Assembly: GCA_963668355.1 (NCBI GenBank)
Contig: OY764265.1
Location: forward strand, 2,048,001 to 2,112,000
DNA length: 64,000 nt
Source: Bdellovibrionota bacterium
Lineage (GTDB): Bacteria; Bdellovibrionota_G; JALEGL01; DATDPG01
Direction of reading: 5' to 3'
Below, one piece after another: positions 38,782 through 49,604 of this stretch. Each line of letters starts with the position of its first letter. Position 1 is the first letter of the stretch. The translations under genes and the position numbers were made by a program. The notes under the pieces are model-generated. The model saw only the letters and a program-made list of their open reading frames with translations. It was not told where the DNA came from and ran no database searches.

Positions 38782-40557
38782 TTAATCGTCCAGTCCTCCA
38801 CTTTCAATCCAACAAAAGATGGTCAAGTATTGTTGACTGCTCCTGGAGAATAGCGTCCCTCCATCATGATTGACCTGCCCCGTGGGCTTGGTAAGGATTT
38901 CACTGTTTGCGGGTTGCTCTAAATCAACTCGACCGCCAAGAAGGGCAGCGTGAATATCCCCCGTGGCTAAATTGAGACCTCCCGAAGGGGAAGAGCCCTC
39001 ATGACAACCTGTGCATCCTTCATTCGAAAAAATGGGTAAGACATTTTCAGAAAAGAGGTGAGGAGTCGATTCGCACTGGCCTTCGAAATCAAGATTGAAA
39101 GAATCAGAGACGGTGAAAAAGGATATATTGGAAGATCCTCGATTCAGAACAATCAAGTCCAGCACTTCGTCCCCGGTTGCATCCAGTGAAAGGATTTTTC
39201 CAGAGGTGGAACCTTCGGTGGAAAACTCCATGGGATCGTCAAATGTGCCCCAGCCATCTCCAAGCGCAATAGACACCTCGTTGCCGTGAGAAAAACTCAG
39301 ATCCAAAGTTCCGTCGCCATTGAAGTCCTTTAATAAGACCTCTCTGACTCTAGAATTTCCAAAAGGAGGGGCGAGGGCTTCTCCAAAACTGCCGTCCCCG
39401 TTTCCAACGAGGATGGAAATGGGAACGTCGTTGTCGTCGTTTCCAGTGATGGCATCCAAGAATCCATCTTCGTTTAAATCACCTAAGGCAAGGCTTTGTG
39501 GAGAGGGTCCCGTGGCGTAGGTCCCACCGGTCGTAAAGATTCCATCTCCTGATCCGTGTAAGACCAAAATATTGTCGTCACTTGAATTCGAAACGACGAG
39601 ATCGGTATTTCCATCGTTGTCTAAATCTCCAGCGGAAAGAGCTGTGGGAGCCTCTCCGGCGGGGAAGAATGTGGGTTCCGAGAAATTAAAGGCCGAAGTG
39701 TTGATCAACACAGAGATGCGGTCGGAGACGTCGTTTCCGGTGTTGAGGGTTAGAATATCCAATGCATCGTCTTGGTTGAGGTCCACCAATAAGACTTTTT
39801 GAGGTCCTTCTCCAGTAGGAAAGTCCTCGCGTATGAAGGTTCCACTTCCACGATTTCTAAGGGTGGTTACGGAGTTCTCTGATTGATTTGCCGTAACAAT
39901 ATCCAAATCCCCATCGCCATCCACGTCTCCCGTGGCTAGATCTCGCGGACTGTTTCCTACGTCTTGGCGTGTAACCGAACCAATGGAGTCTGAGCCCAAC
40001 AGCGCATCCCCATTTAGGATCGCAACCGAAGGGGGAGAAACGTTGACAGTGGCAATGTCAACGATGCCATCCCCATCAAAGTCTCCTCCGACTAGGCCAC
40101 GGGGAGAATCTCCAATTCCGAAGCGAACAGCTTCTCCAAAAAGATCGCCAAAATAGACGATCGCTGTGGGTTCGAGGATTTCAATTTCTTCTCCTCCACG
40201 CAAACGGACAACCGAAATCGTCTTTGACTCTGCCTCCCTGGAACGCAACGTGGCCGTGATGATTCCATCCTCGTCGGTAAGGGTGTTTTCTTGAAAAATT
40301 TCGTTGTGCGTTCCGGAGGCCCGAATGGCGATTTCCATCCCCGCTATGGGTTCGGCGTTCGGATTCAATAACCGAAACTCAATTCCGACCGACGCATCTC
40401 CATTAGCTGGAATGCCACTCCGTCGAGAAACGCTCAGAGAAGATTCTGGATAGAGGCTGCCTCCTTCGTTGCCTTCTTCGGAGGACTGAATGGAACAGCC
40501 CATGCAAAGGAGTAATGCGAAAGAAAGACCGAAGAAATTTGAAGAGATCTGTTTCAT
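38782..40557 (-). CDS. Lipoprotein: Ig-like domain, FG-GAP repeats, C-terminal cytochrome c-like domain
   Basis: Lipobox LCMGC; IPANGD Big_1-like segment; GDxDGDGxxD repeats; CTGCH. Confidence 0.8.
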   Translation of the reverse strand: MKQISSNFFGLSFALLLCMGCSIQSSEEGNEGGSLYPESSLSVSRRSGIPANGDASVGIEFRLLNPNAEPIAGMEIAIRASGTHNEIFQENTLTDEDGIITATLRSREAESKTISVVRLRGGEEIEILEPTAIVYFGDLFGEAVRFGIGDSPRGLVGGDFDGDGIVDIATVNVSPPSVAILNGDALLGSDSIGSVTRQDVGNSPRDLATGDVDGDGDLDIVTANQSENSVTTLRNRGSGTFIREDFPTGEGPQKVLLVDLNQDDALDILTLNTGNDVSDRISVLINTSAFNFSEPTFFPAGEAPTALSAGDLDNDGNTDLVVSNSSDDNILVLHGSGDGIFTTGGTYATGPSPQSLALGDLNEDGFLDAITGNDDNDVPISILVGNGDGSFGEALAPPFGNSRVREVLLKDFNGDGTLDLSFSHGNEVSIALGDGWGTFDDPMEFSTEGSTSGKILSLDATGDEVLDLIVLNRGSSNISFFTVSDSFNLDFEGQCESTPHLFSENVLPIFSNEGCTGCHEGSSPSGGLNLATGDIHAALLGGRVDLEQPANSEILTKPTGQVNHDGGTLFSRSSQQYLTIFCWIESGGLDD

Positions 40558-40569
40558 AAGTCCCCCAAA

Positions 40570-41001
40570 TTAAACCGAATCGTCTTCTGCTCCGGCTTCA
40601 ATCCAGCAAAATATGGAAAGATAGTCTTGGTCGCTGACACTTGAAAAAATCTCTCCCCCGCCATGTCCATCCAGACCCAAGGGCTTTCTCAAAATGGCGG
40701 AATTGGCGGAGTCATCTTCGTCGATTCTTCCATCTAGGATGGAGGCATGGATGCCTGAAGCCCCTTCACCTTGGCTGACGTCAAGGTTCAGCGAGCCTGC
40801 TTGAGAGGCGTTGCTATGACAACTTCCGTTGGAACATCCTTGAGCTGAAAAGATGGGAACAATATTTGTAGAAAAAGAGGTGCTGATGTCTTCACAGGGG
40901 CCAGTACCTGAAAAGTCATTGGCATCCAAGTCGGTCACATCAACAGATCCGCAAGCAGAAATGAAAGCCAGAGAACATAGGAACAAAAAGTGTTTTCGCA
41001 T
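40570..41001 (-). CDS. Lipoprotein cytochrome c-like protein with CX4CH motif
   Basis: Lipobox ISAC; CSNGSCH; clearly similar to the C-terminal domain of the adjacent gene. Confidence 0.75.
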   Translation of the reverse strand: MRKHFLFLCSLAFISACGSVDVTDLDANDFSGTGPCEDISTSFSTNIVPIFSAQGCSNGSCHSNASQAGSLNLDVSQGEGASGIHASILDGRIDEDDSANSAILRKPLGLDGHGGGEIFSSVSDQDYLSIFCWIEAGAEDDSV

Positions 41002-41019
41002 TTCCTTTAGATCTCCTTC

Positions 41020-42525
41020 TTAAACGCTTTGCTTTCGGCAAATAAGACGGTCATTTTGGTTTACTTCGGCAAAGCCAGCTTGAACCATTTCAGCATCCGT
41101 CAGCCCCGACATGGAGAGCAATGCATCCGACACTTGGTTGGGTTCTACTTGTGAGGGAGCGGCATTTCCGTGAGTGGAAGGAGCAATTTTCCCAAGGTTT
41201 TCATTGTAATTACCGTGGGTTCCCGCTTGGTTAAACATGCTCGGGTCCGTGATGCATATGGCTGCAGCCGTATTTCCATCTGAAAAATCGGAGGGGCCAC
41301 CGTATCCCCGACCAAATTCCGTATCGAAAGTCATGGTTGTTCGGTCCAAAAGACTTGCGTAGTTTCCGGTAGGATCGGGTCGGGCCGCGAGTTCATTTAA
41401 GAAGTTCAATAGAAGTTGGTTGAGCGCCTGGGCATCGTCAAAAAAGGTTCCGGCGTTACTCCCTTGGTTTTGGTATCTTCCATGTGAGTCTCCAGCCAAG
41501 ACTTGGAAACCAAAGGCGGAAGCCACTCCGTTTTCAGCCATTTGAATGATTTGAGCAAAGATTTCGGCTAAATCACCTCGGGTGTTTAGTGTGCCAGTAT
41601 CCACACCGGTTTGAAGAATCGTAACAAGGTCGGGATCTGGTTCCACCAATGCACGTAAATTCTGGGCCAACAATACATGAGCATTTTCTTCTGCCGCTTG
41701 GGCTGCTAGGCCACCCGGACGATTGTCCACCTGAATTTTTTCCAAGACACCCGCATCATGTTGTTTGATGAAGGCGAGGATCTGTTGTGTGATTTCTTCG
41801 TTCATGGGCTCGGATCGGTTCGGAGGATTTAGACGGAACTGATCAAACGAATTTGAAACTTCATCTGGGCCGGAAACATATGTAGGGGCATAGGTCGCTC
41901 CCAAGGGACCGGTAGCCGAAAACGAGGCACGGTTTTCCTGAGCATAGGCAATGGGGCCTGTCATGATGGTGGGTGCCAATCCCTGATCATTCTTCCATGC
42001 GGCAGCCACCAAGCGATGTGCAGACATCCCGGACTTTGTGGTTTGGCCAATATTGGTGTGACCGGTCGTATTCCGGACGCTTGAAATGGTCACGATTCGA
42101 TTTCCATGAGCCTGAACCAAAGGAGCCATGACGGAAGGAAAATACAAGTAGTTACCACTGGCCGTCATGTAGCGCTGGGCTTCTCCTGGAGTTGCCGGAG
42201 TGCTGTCTTGGTCGACAAAATCGGTTTGGGTTCCATTTGGATTTTCAAAGAAAGAACGGTTTTCTGTGGCCGTTTCAAAATCTCTTTGCATGCAAAAAGG
42301 ACCGCTTAGGAAGGGATACCCTGATCTCCAAAAGGAGTCGATCACGATTCGTCCCACATCTCCTGGTGCCGCGAACGCCGTGGAGCTTCCAAAGAGGCGT
42401 TTGGAAATTTTGCTCATGGTCTCAAGACGAATTCCCCATGGAACACTGAAAGCTCCCAGAAAGAGACCCACTTGCTGGATGAATCGTCGTCTTGTTAACT
42501 CGTTTGCCTTTTTTGCGTCTTTCAT
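41020..42525 (-). CDS. Tat-exported DUF1501-like protein
   Basis: LTRRRFIQ Tat motif; GDSH; LLDRTTMTFDTEFGRG (EFGR motif). Confidence 0.65.
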   Translation of the reverse strand: MKDAKKANELTRRRFIQQVGLFLGAFSVPWGIRLETMSKISKRLFGSSTAFAAPGDVGRIVIDSFWRSGYPFLSGPFCMQRDFETATENRSFFENPNGTQTDFVDQDSTPATPGEAQRYMTASGNYLYFPSVMAPLVQAHGNRIVTISSVRNTTGHTNIGQTTKSGMSAHRLVAAAWKNDQGLAPTIMTGPIAYAQENRASFSATGPLGATYAPTYVSGPDEVSNSFDQFRLNPPNRSEPMNEEITQQILAFIKQHDAGVLEKIQVDNRPGGLAAQAAEENAHVLLAQNLRALVEPDPDLVTILQTGVDTGTLNTRGDLAEIFAQIIQMAENGVASAFGFQVLAGDSHGRYQNQGSNAGTFFDDAQALNQLLLNFLNELAARPDPTGNYASLLDRTTMTFDTEFGRGYGGPSDFSDGNTAAAICITDPSMFNQAGTHGNYNENLGKIAPSTHGNAAPSQVEPNQVSDALLSMSGLTDAEMVQAGFAEVNQNDRLICRKQSV

Positions 42526-42534
42526 TGTGTTCTC

Positions 42535-43065
42535 CTATTTCAAATGAGTTTTCACGCTGACCAAGCAAGCGACACATTGGGCGTGTCGGCGTTCCATGAG
42601 AGAAGAGAAGGAAAGGGAATTGATGTTATCAATGAGTTCCTGATCCCCTTCGGTCGGACGCTGCCCTCGTAAACGGAAATAGAGTTCTGAGACATCCGCG
42701 CCTTCCGGGAAGAGAACATCCGAGTTTTGTTCGAGGGATTCTCTGCAGGCCATGTCCGCAAGTTCAAATGTGGCTTTTCTTCGAGTGGCCGTTGCAAGAT
42801 TGCTACGTCTTCCAAACTCGTTGGGTCCTCCAAAAAGAACCGAACGACTGTCCAAAAAGGAGATGGACTCTCCCGAAGTGGGGAGTTCCATTCCTTCAAC
42901 CAATAGATTTCGAAACATTTCGAAATCTATTAATTGAACCAGAGCGTCGGTTGCAGGGCCTTCGCCGCTAGTGCTGGACATATCTCCATTTCCAACAACC
43001 CCCCCCGAACAGCTCAACGTGCTGATTAAAAGAAGGGAAAAGAAAAAGCATTGTTTGATTTTCAT
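42535..43065 (-). CDS. Hypothetical lipoprotein
   Basis: Lipobox TLSC; C-terminal CVACLVS; operonic spacing. Confidence 0.65.
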   Translation of the reverse strand: MKIKQCFFFSLLLISTLSCSGGVVGNGDMSSTSGEGPATDALVQLIDFEMFRNLLVEGMELPTSGESISFLDSRSVLFGGPNEFGRRSNLATATRRKATFELADMACRESLEQNSDVLFPEGADVSELYFRLRGQRPTEGDQELIDNINSLSFSSLMERRHAQCVACLVSVKTHLK

Positions 43066-44267
43066 AAAATTACCCCCGCAACGCGCAGAATGAAGTCTTC
43101 ACTGGTCATGAAATCCACTAGAAACGGACGAATGATGAGTTCATGAACCTGGTCCAAGCGTTCCGTCCAGTTGACGAGCAATTGTTCGTCACCTGGTTTT
43201 GAACTTGCCGAAAAATCAAAAGGCATGACGGGATCTTGACCGGGGGCCCCAGCAGATTCATAACCCAAGGCGAAAGCAAGGAAACGTCTGGCTGTGCAGG
43301 TTTTGAACTGTTCCGTTTCGGAGATTTGTCGCATATAGGATCCCACCATGGGAAAACCATTGGGGTCCAAGTCAAAATCCTCCGTATAGCGGGGGACGAC
43401 CTCTCCTTGAACGGGTTCAATGATTTGTTCCCCATCGAATTCAGTGGGTTCCGTATCTCGAATTTCTCGATTTTCCACCCATTCATTGTTTCGGTTGGCA
43501 TCGTACAACCCGTCCGCCCCATAAGGATGAAACACAGGACGACGCGCATTCATCGTTCCATGGCAAGCGTAACAATTGATTCCCACTTCCGAATCGGATT
43601 GGTCGTGGTATTTTGCGGAAACCTCTTCTTGGGGCCACATTCCCACACTTTCTGGATCTGGGTATCGATAACATTTTACGAGCTGAGCAATTTCACGGAC
43701 ATAATTGAAGCCGAATCCATTTCCATACCAACGTTCCAGCCAACCTTGTAAGGTGGCAAATCCTCCCAAGTTGTCGAGGGTCGGAGCTTCACTGTCTTGA
43801 CCTACGATGGGAATGTCTTCAATGACTTTATAGTTCGCTGTTAAGAGTTCGCTGTAGGGGCGATCCCAGGTAACCACGAAGGTTGCGAGGTCTGCTGGAG
43901 CGTTCTCATTGGGGTCATCTGGATTGTCGCGGCCCATTCCGAACATCTGTCGAAAATAAATGAGCATGGCGCCTGAAAATTCTGCGCTGTAGACATAGCG
44001 GTCTACCGCTTCAGAGTAGAGTTGAAAGGCTTCTTCCGAAGTTTCGGCGTTAGAAATCTCCCGAACGTCATTGGCATCTGCCAACTTTAACCGAGTCCGA
44101 AGAGAGACGCTTCGTAAGGCTGTTAAGAGCTCCGAGTTGGAGAAATGCTCGCCAGATAGGCGAGAATGTCCCTCTTCCTCAGCTGAATCCAACGTCTGAG
44201 TTCCATTGCAAGCAGCCAAGATGAATGTGCCCGCTAAAACAAGCTTGTAAACACTGATCATCCTCAT
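43062..44267 (-). CDS. Lipoprotein with heme-binding motif (DUF1549/DUF1585/DUF1588-like)
   Basis: Lipobox LAAC; DRPYSELLTANY; CYACHGTMN; FKTCTARRFLAFALG. Confidence 0.65.
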   Translation of the reverse strand: MRMISVYKLVLAGTFILAACNGTQTLDSAEEEGHSRLSGEHFSNSELLTALRSVSLRTRLKLADANDVREISNAETSEEAFQLYSEAVDRYVYSAEFSGAMLIYFRQMFGMGRDNPDDPNENAPADLATFVVTWDRPYSELLTANYKVIEDIPIVGQDSEAPTLDNLGGFATLQGWLERWYGNGFGFNYVREIAQLVKCYRYPDPESVGMWPQEEVSAKYHDQSDSEVGINCYACHGTMNARRPVFHPYGADGLYDANRNNEWVENREIRDTEPTEFDGEQIIEPVQGEVVPRYTEDFDLDPNGFPMVGSYMRQISETEQFKTCTARRFLAFALGYESAGAPGQDPVMPFDFSASSKPGDEQLLVNWTERLDQVHELIIRPFLVDFMTSEDFILRVAGVIL

Positions 44268-44283
44268 GATTGGGGCGCATTAC

Positions 44284-44299
44284 TGCAAACCTGAGTCCA
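44284..44299 (-). promoter_or_regulatory. Sigma-54 -24/-12 promoter motif
   Basis: TGGACTCAGGTTTGCA upstream of the five-gene operon; IHF-like TTTCAATGCATTA nearby. Confidence 0.6.
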
Positions 44300-44427
44300 A
44301 CACAGAAAAAGGAGTTAAAAGCAATAATTTCAATGCATTAAAGAAATTTTGATAACCGGGAGAAGAAAATATTGCCGTAACCTTGAACCTTTTTGCGTAA
44401 ATTTCTGTTTCAGATCATGGTTTTTGG

Positions 44428-45675
44428 CTAAGCACCGAGGCGGATTCGGGAGAAGCGAGTCCGAAGCGATCCCAAAACCAAGAGAAGCAAAAGCGGGGGC
44501 CAGGAGAAGTCTGTTTTACAGCCGGAATTCACATCAGGGGTGCTTAGAAGAACGCCACCTTCAGAGTCTTCTTCGGATTGATCGTCATTCGATGGGGTAG
44601 GGAGGTTTTGTTGGGTGGGATCCAGATTGACTTCGTATCCCGGAGAAACGTTTCCCTCCGAGTCGATGACAAAAAGGAAAAGCTGCTCTTCTCCTGCAAG
44701 GGCTTGGCTGTGAATTTGAACGGAGATTTCATTATCTTCCCACACGGATGGAATTTGGATCTCTCGCTGCGTACAATCTTCGAAAATGGGAGCATTTCCC
44801 AACTCAACCCGAGCTTGGGTGTCATCGACGTAAAGGTCATCAAAATACAAAAAAGTATCAATCGTACAGCCTGTGGTTTGTCTCCAGGTTTGTCCCATCA
44901 TTATATGTTGCCAACGATCGTCATCTGCATCATGGGTTACCAGGCCATTTCTTTCCTGCACATACCCAGACCGACCCACGCGCTTGGTTCTCAGAAGTCC
45001 GTCGGCGGCAGAAGGCGTTGACGATCCTTGAACGTATTGCTCGATTCGTTGCCAATCATTAAAGACAAAGAGATCTTCAGCACAACCAATCTGCGTGGAG
45101 TGATTTCCACCATCATAATTCACTTCTGTATTATTGTTCCCCCAGTACGTTCGATCCTCTGTGATGTAGTACCAATAATTGTTCATGATTTGAGTCGTAC
45201 TGGACGTTTCATCCGCATAATAGACACCCGGTGAGCTACTCAAGCGCCAAGCTTTAAATTGAATTCGTCCGCAATCATCATTGCGATCGATGAGAAAATT
45301 GGCCGAAAGAAAAAAATTGTTCATGGGGCGACCTAGATCCTTCGTGATCTGACAAAAATCGCCTCCGGTTTCGGTATTGACCTTCAAGGATCGAGATCCA
45401 GCGTGAGCGAAATCATCGGAAGTAAACACTTCTCCGGAAACTTCATTCCAGCCTGCGGGGGTTGCTCCCAAGGACTCATTTTCAAAATCTGAAAAATACA
45501 ACGGCGCTGCAGGCGATTTGACACCAAAACCCACTCCCTCAAGGGTCAGTGTTTGGTGATGGATTAATCCGTTTTCACCCAAACCATCGAGATTCGAGAT
45601 GATCGGATCGGCCCAAACTGCCAATGGGATGATTTGAGCGAGACACAGCCAAACCCAACAAATCTGCTTTTGCAT
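44428..45675 (-). CDS. Secreted beta-sandwich protein (paralog 1) with MYXO-CTERM-like tail
   Basis: Signal peptide; GFGVKSPAAP, YFDDLYVDDTQARVE, EIQIPSVW; tail SGC...LLLLLVLGSLRTR. Confidence 0.7.
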   Translation of the reverse strand: MQKQICWVWLCLAQIIPLAVWADPIISNLDGLGENGLIHHQTLTLEGVGFGVKSPAAPLYFSDFENESLGATPAGWNEVSGEVFTSDDFAHAGSRSLKVNTETGGDFCQITKDLGRPMNNFFLSANFLIDRNDDCGRIQFKAWRLSSSPGVYYADETSSTTQIMNNYWYYITEDRTYWGNNNTEVNYDGGNHSTQIGCAEDLFVFNDWQRIEQYVQGSSTPSAADGLLRTKRVGRSGYVQERNGLVTHDADDDRWQHIMMGQTWRQTTGCTIDTFLYFDDLYVDDTQARVELGNAPIFEDCTQREIQIPSVWEDNEISVQIHSQALAGEEQLFLFVIDSEGNVSPGYEVNLDPTQQNLPTPSNDDQSEEDSEGGVLLSTPDVNSGCKTDFSWPPLLLLLVLGSLRTRFSRIRLGA

Positions 45676-45791
45676 TACAGAGGCCCAAACCCTTCTGAGG
45701 CACAGCGTTGGAGCATGGGAAAAACCAAATGGGCTCCGAAACTTAGAAAAATGTCTTTGGAAATCATTCCTTTCACCACTTGAGAAGGAAA

Positions 45792-45807
45792 AGCAAGGCT
45801 TGTACCA
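45792..45807 (-). promoter_or_regulatory. Sigma-54 -24/-12 promoter motif
   Basis: TGGTACAAGCCTTGCT. Confidence 0.6.
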
Positions 45808-45995
45808 GACGCGAGCATTTATAATTCACTGAAATTATTGCGATTCTATTGCAGGAGGATTTGAAATTGAAGGCCTTCTCGGAAAAAAGTGCAAATTAGG
45901 GGTGAATCTCTTTGCGAGCGCCTAGACGTCCCATAATCCAGGGGTTTTCTGCGGAGGGAATTGAAAAGCCGAGGGAATTTGAATAGAAGGGGCGG

Positions 45996-47417
45996 ATGAA
46001 AATGCGAAAAGAAGTTGATCTGTTGGGAGAGTTAGAAATCGACGATTCCAAATACTATGGAATTCATACGGTGCGAGCCATGGAGAATTTTCAGATCTCC
46101 AAAATGAAGATCAGTGATTATCCGTTTTTTGTGAAAGGGATGATCGTTACAAAAAAAGCTTGTGCCATGGCGAATGAAGAAATGGGCGTTTTAGAGAAAG
46201 AAAAAACGCAAATGATCATTTCGGCCTGTGATGAAATCTTGGGGAATCTCAAGAAATATGCACGATTTTTTCCCACCGACGTCATCCAAGGGGGAGCGGG
46301 GACTTCTGTAAACATGAACACAAACGAAGTCATTGCAAATGTTGCCTTGGAGATGAACGGACATCCCAAGGGAAGCTATGAGATTTTGCATCCAAACGAT
46401 CATGTGAATCGATCCCAATCCACCAACGATGCCTATCCTAGCGGATTGCGTGTGGCTTTGTTTTTTAAGATGAACCAGTTGTTGGAAAAAATGAAATATC
46501 TAACGAGCAGCATCGATCGAAAGGCCGCTCAATTTCAGAGTGTTCTGAAGATGGGTAGGACGCAACTCCAAGATGCGGTTCCGATGTCTTTGGGAGACGA
46601 GTTTTCCGGATGGGCTACAAATTTAAGGGAAGAAATTCGGAATTTAAAAAAGTCCAGAGACCACGTCTTGGAACTGAACCTAGGCGCAACAGCCATTGGA
46701 ACGGGCGTCAACGCTCCAAAGGGATTCTCTGAAATTGCCATTGGATATTTGTCCGAGTTGACACAGGCGAACTTTGTGAAGGCCGAGAACTTGATTGAAG
46801 CAACTTCAGACTGTGGAGCCTATGTGATGATCTCCGGTGCTTTAAAAAGGACCTCTGTAAAATTGTCCAAGATTTGCAACGACCTTCGACTTTTGTCTTC
46901 GGGTCCGAAATGTGGGTTGAATGAAATCAACTTACCCCGCTTGCAAGCGGGCTCTTCCATCATGCCTGCAAAAGTAAACCCCGTGATTCCTGAAGTGGTG
47001 AATCAAGTGTGTTTTAAAGTCATCGGAAATGATGTAACCATTTCCTTTGCGGCTGAAGGGGGACAACTTCAACTCAATGTTATGGAGCCCGTTATTGCCC
47101 ACTCTTTGTTTTCCTCGATCGGACTCTTGTCAAATTCATGCGTAACGTTAGCGGACAAATGCATGAATGGAATCACCGCCAATGAGGAACATACAAAAGA
47201 AATGGTGTTGAATTCCGTTGGAATCATTACTTACTTAACACCCTACATTGGACATCACATGGGAGATGTCATTGGAAGAGAAGCCGTGGCGACAGGAAAA
47301 TCAGTGCGTGAGATCGTTCGTGAAAAAAATCTCTTAACCGAAGAAGAACTGAATAAAATTTTCGATCCAGAAAACCTCATGCGCCCCAAATACCACTCAA
47401 AAAAGCGCTGGGGTTAG
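45996..47417 (+). CDS. aspA: Aspartate ammonia-lyase
   Basis: [49 protein letters not shown]. Confidence 0.95.
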   Translation: MKMRKEVDLLGELEIDDSKYYGIHTVRAMENFQISKMKISDYPFFVKGMIVTKKACAMANEEMGVLEKEKTQMIISACDEILGNLKKYARFFPTDVIQGGAGTSVNMNTNEVIANVALEMNGHPKGSYEILHPNDHVNRSQSTNDAYPSGLRVALFFKMNQLLEKMKYLTSSIDRKAAQFQSVLKMGRTQLQDAVPMSLGDEFSGWATNLREEIRNLKKSRDHVLELNLGATAIGTGVNAPKGFSEIAIGYLSELTQANFVKAENLIEATSDCGAYVMISGALKRTSVKLSKICNDLRLLSSGPKCGLNEINLPRLQAGSSIMPAKVNPVIPEVVNQVCFKVIGNDVTISFAAEGGQLQLNVMEPVIAHSLFSSIGLLSNSCVTLADKCMNGITANEEHTKEMVLNSVGIITYLTPYIGHHMGDVIGREAVATGKSVREIVREKNLLTEEELNKIFDPENLMRPKYHSKKRWG

Positions 47418-47679
47418 GTGAAATTCCACGGAAAAAAATTGAGACATGGGCTGCGCAGTGTGCCGAAGAAGAACGGTTTGTAGTTTTGTAACCAATAGCC
47501 CAAAGAAACCCTTCGTTTCATTCGCGTAAATTCCGACACGCGTCGAGATTGCCCGACCAAAATTCTTTGGGAATTAACGAAAGAGGAGTTCGGGAAGAAC
47601 GTTGAAGTCAGTTTGCTTTTTCATCTTACGTACGTCACTACCGGGGATCGTCCCATCGTGTCTCTAGAAGATTGAGCTT

Positions 47680-49350
47680 CTACTGAAGGTAAACTGGAAA
47701 ACCATTGCTCGTGTTTCCTTGGGCGTCAAAGACGATGAGGTACAGCGTTTGTCCGGGAGCAAAACTGCCAAAGCGCGCATTAAAGTGAATGGTGCTTTCA
47801 TTCCAGACGGAATGGGGCTCTTGGATTTCACAATGCGAGGCTAAGTCACGGTCTGGAGAATCACAGAGCTCAATGCGGGCCTGCGTAATATCCACATAAA
47901 ACTCACTATGATAGATATCTGCTTGAGGCCTAGGGGGAGCAGAAGTCACATCGTCAAGGTAGTGCGTGAAATTTATGGTATCGAATTTTTCTGAAGAAGC
48001 ATTCGGTCTCAACATCGAACCCATGGAGTCCTTTAGGATTTCACCATTCTTGGCCAGCGTATATCCCCCATTGGCTACTCCGACATCTCCACTTCGAATT
48101 ACGCCTTCATATCGATCCCAGGAAGCCTCACCGAAACTGAAGCCTGAGTATCCCATTCCACTCCACTCGTTATAAACGACGGCCTCTTCACCATCCGCAA
48201 TATACATATGCCCATTTCCCGAACCATTTTCGGGATAAAAGTCCCAACGTCCCTGCGGAAATCCATTGCCTTCATAGTTCGCAAAATTGGCAATTTTCAC
48301 ATTTCGCATGTTTTCAAAAGCACCATTGGTCGTGGACAATGCCCACATGGAAAAATAAATTTCATCAAATCCGTTTGAGTCTCTTAGACTTAAATAGTTT
48401 GTTCCCTGGTAACAATCATGCTCAGGGTTATCACCAAAAAATTTCCAACCGACAACATCGCCTTCGTATCGACCGAATGCATCTGAGTAGCGCATTGCAT
48501 AGTCAGGAGTGTCGATGCCAGGCCATGCGCATCGAGCTTCCAAAGACCACGAGATTCGTCCAACGGCCGACTCATCGATCACTTCACCCAACTGCTCACT
48601 CCCATAATCAAACGTGTCAAACTTGAGCGGCTCAACAGGGAATTTCACACCAAATCCTCTTCCGGATATGACATAGCTTCCATCTCTAGAAAGCTGGGTT
48701 GAATTTAGAGACAAAATCTCAATTCCTTCACCGCCGCTCGAACCCAAAAGACTTAAATAATAGTCATAATCTTCCATGCCGAAGGTTTCGGATTTCAAGG
48801 GATCCGTATTCACCCAGGCAATCGCTTCGGTGTAGGGGGCGAGTTGATCGGCATCACCCGCTTCTGGGTTATGACAAAGGTTGGTGGAAAACTCCGGATG
48901 CTCCTGAAGCAATAAGGCAAATACAGCCACATCATCCATATTCACCAGGTGGTTGTCGTCACGGTCTAGATTTACACAATTGATATCATTGTCCGTTTCT
49001 GGGTCGCTTTCCGCTTCTTCGGCTATCTGAGCACAGGTCTTATCCACTTGCCCTGCCATCAAAACAATATCGGACAAGCTTAAGCTGCCATCGTGAAGTG
49101 TGTCAGCCACGCATGCCAAAATGGGAAAGTCCTCGGGATTGTCAACTCCCGAGAGGGAAAACAACCCTCCACGACCCACCAAAGCATTGACACTTTCCTT
49201 TAAAGCGAGCTCATCCACACCCGCGACCTCGGCAACTTCTCTTAATAGTGAAGATTGAGGTGCGGTGGGCGTATAGGAGAGATTAGAACTGCAAGCTAAG
49301 AAAAGAAAAGTGTACGAACAGTAAAGAAAGAATCTAACGACTTTGGACAT
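47680..49350 (-). CDS. Lipoprotein (paralog 2) with dockerin/EF-hand-like N-region and shared beta-sandwich domain
   Basis: Lipobox FLAC; NLDRDDNHLVNMDD; GFGVKFPVEP, FYVDITQARIE, CEIQEPHSVW; start chosen from RBS and promoter position. Confidence 0.7.
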   Translation of the reverse strand: MSKVVRFFLYCSYTFLFLACSSNLSYTPTAPQSSLLREVAEVAGVDELALKESVNALVGRGGLFSLSGVDNPEDFPILACVADTLHDGSLSLSDIVLMAGQVDKTCAQIAEEAESDPETDNDINCVNLDRDDNHLVNMDDVAVFALLLQEHPEFSTNLCHNPEAGDADQLAPYTEAIAWVNTDPLKSETFGMEDYDYYLSLLGSSGGEGIEILSLNSTQLSRDGSYVISGRGFGVKFPVEPLKFDTFDYGSEQLGEVIDESAVGRISWSLEARCAWPGIDTPDYAMRYSDAFGRYEGDVVGWKFFGDNPEHDCYQGTNYLSLRDSNGFDEIYFSMWALSTTNGAFENMRNVKIANFANYEGNGFPQGRWDFYPENGSGNGHMYIADGEEAVVYNEWSGMGYSGFSFGEASWDRYEGVIRSGDVGVANGGYTLAKNGEILKDSMGSMLRPNASSEKFDTINFTHYLDDVTSAPPRPQADIYHSEFYVDITQARIELCDSPDRDLASHCEIQEPHSVWNESTIHFNARFGSFAPGQTLYLIVFDAQGNTSNGFPVYLQ

Positions 49351-49386
49351 TTTGCCTCCCCAATTTCCCCATTTGTTCAACACAAA

Positions 49387-49402
49387 AGCAAGACTCATTC
49401 CA
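49387..49402 (-). promoter_or_regulatory. Sigma-54 -24/-12 promoter motif
   Basis: TGGAATGAGTCTTGCT. Confidence 0.6.
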
Positions 49403-49604
49403 TACTCAAACCAGATAATAATCTTGTTATTTTAAATAGTTAGATATTCTTCGGCATCGGACGCTTTGAATGTTGTGCGAGATCGGCCCCTCGATCACGA
49501 AACTTTTTGCGAAGTCTTACCATTTCTCAGTCTGCGGTCGATTCGATGCTTTTTCAAAATCCCGTAAATCGGGTTCAGTCGACTGTCCCATGATTCCCCC
49601 CCAA

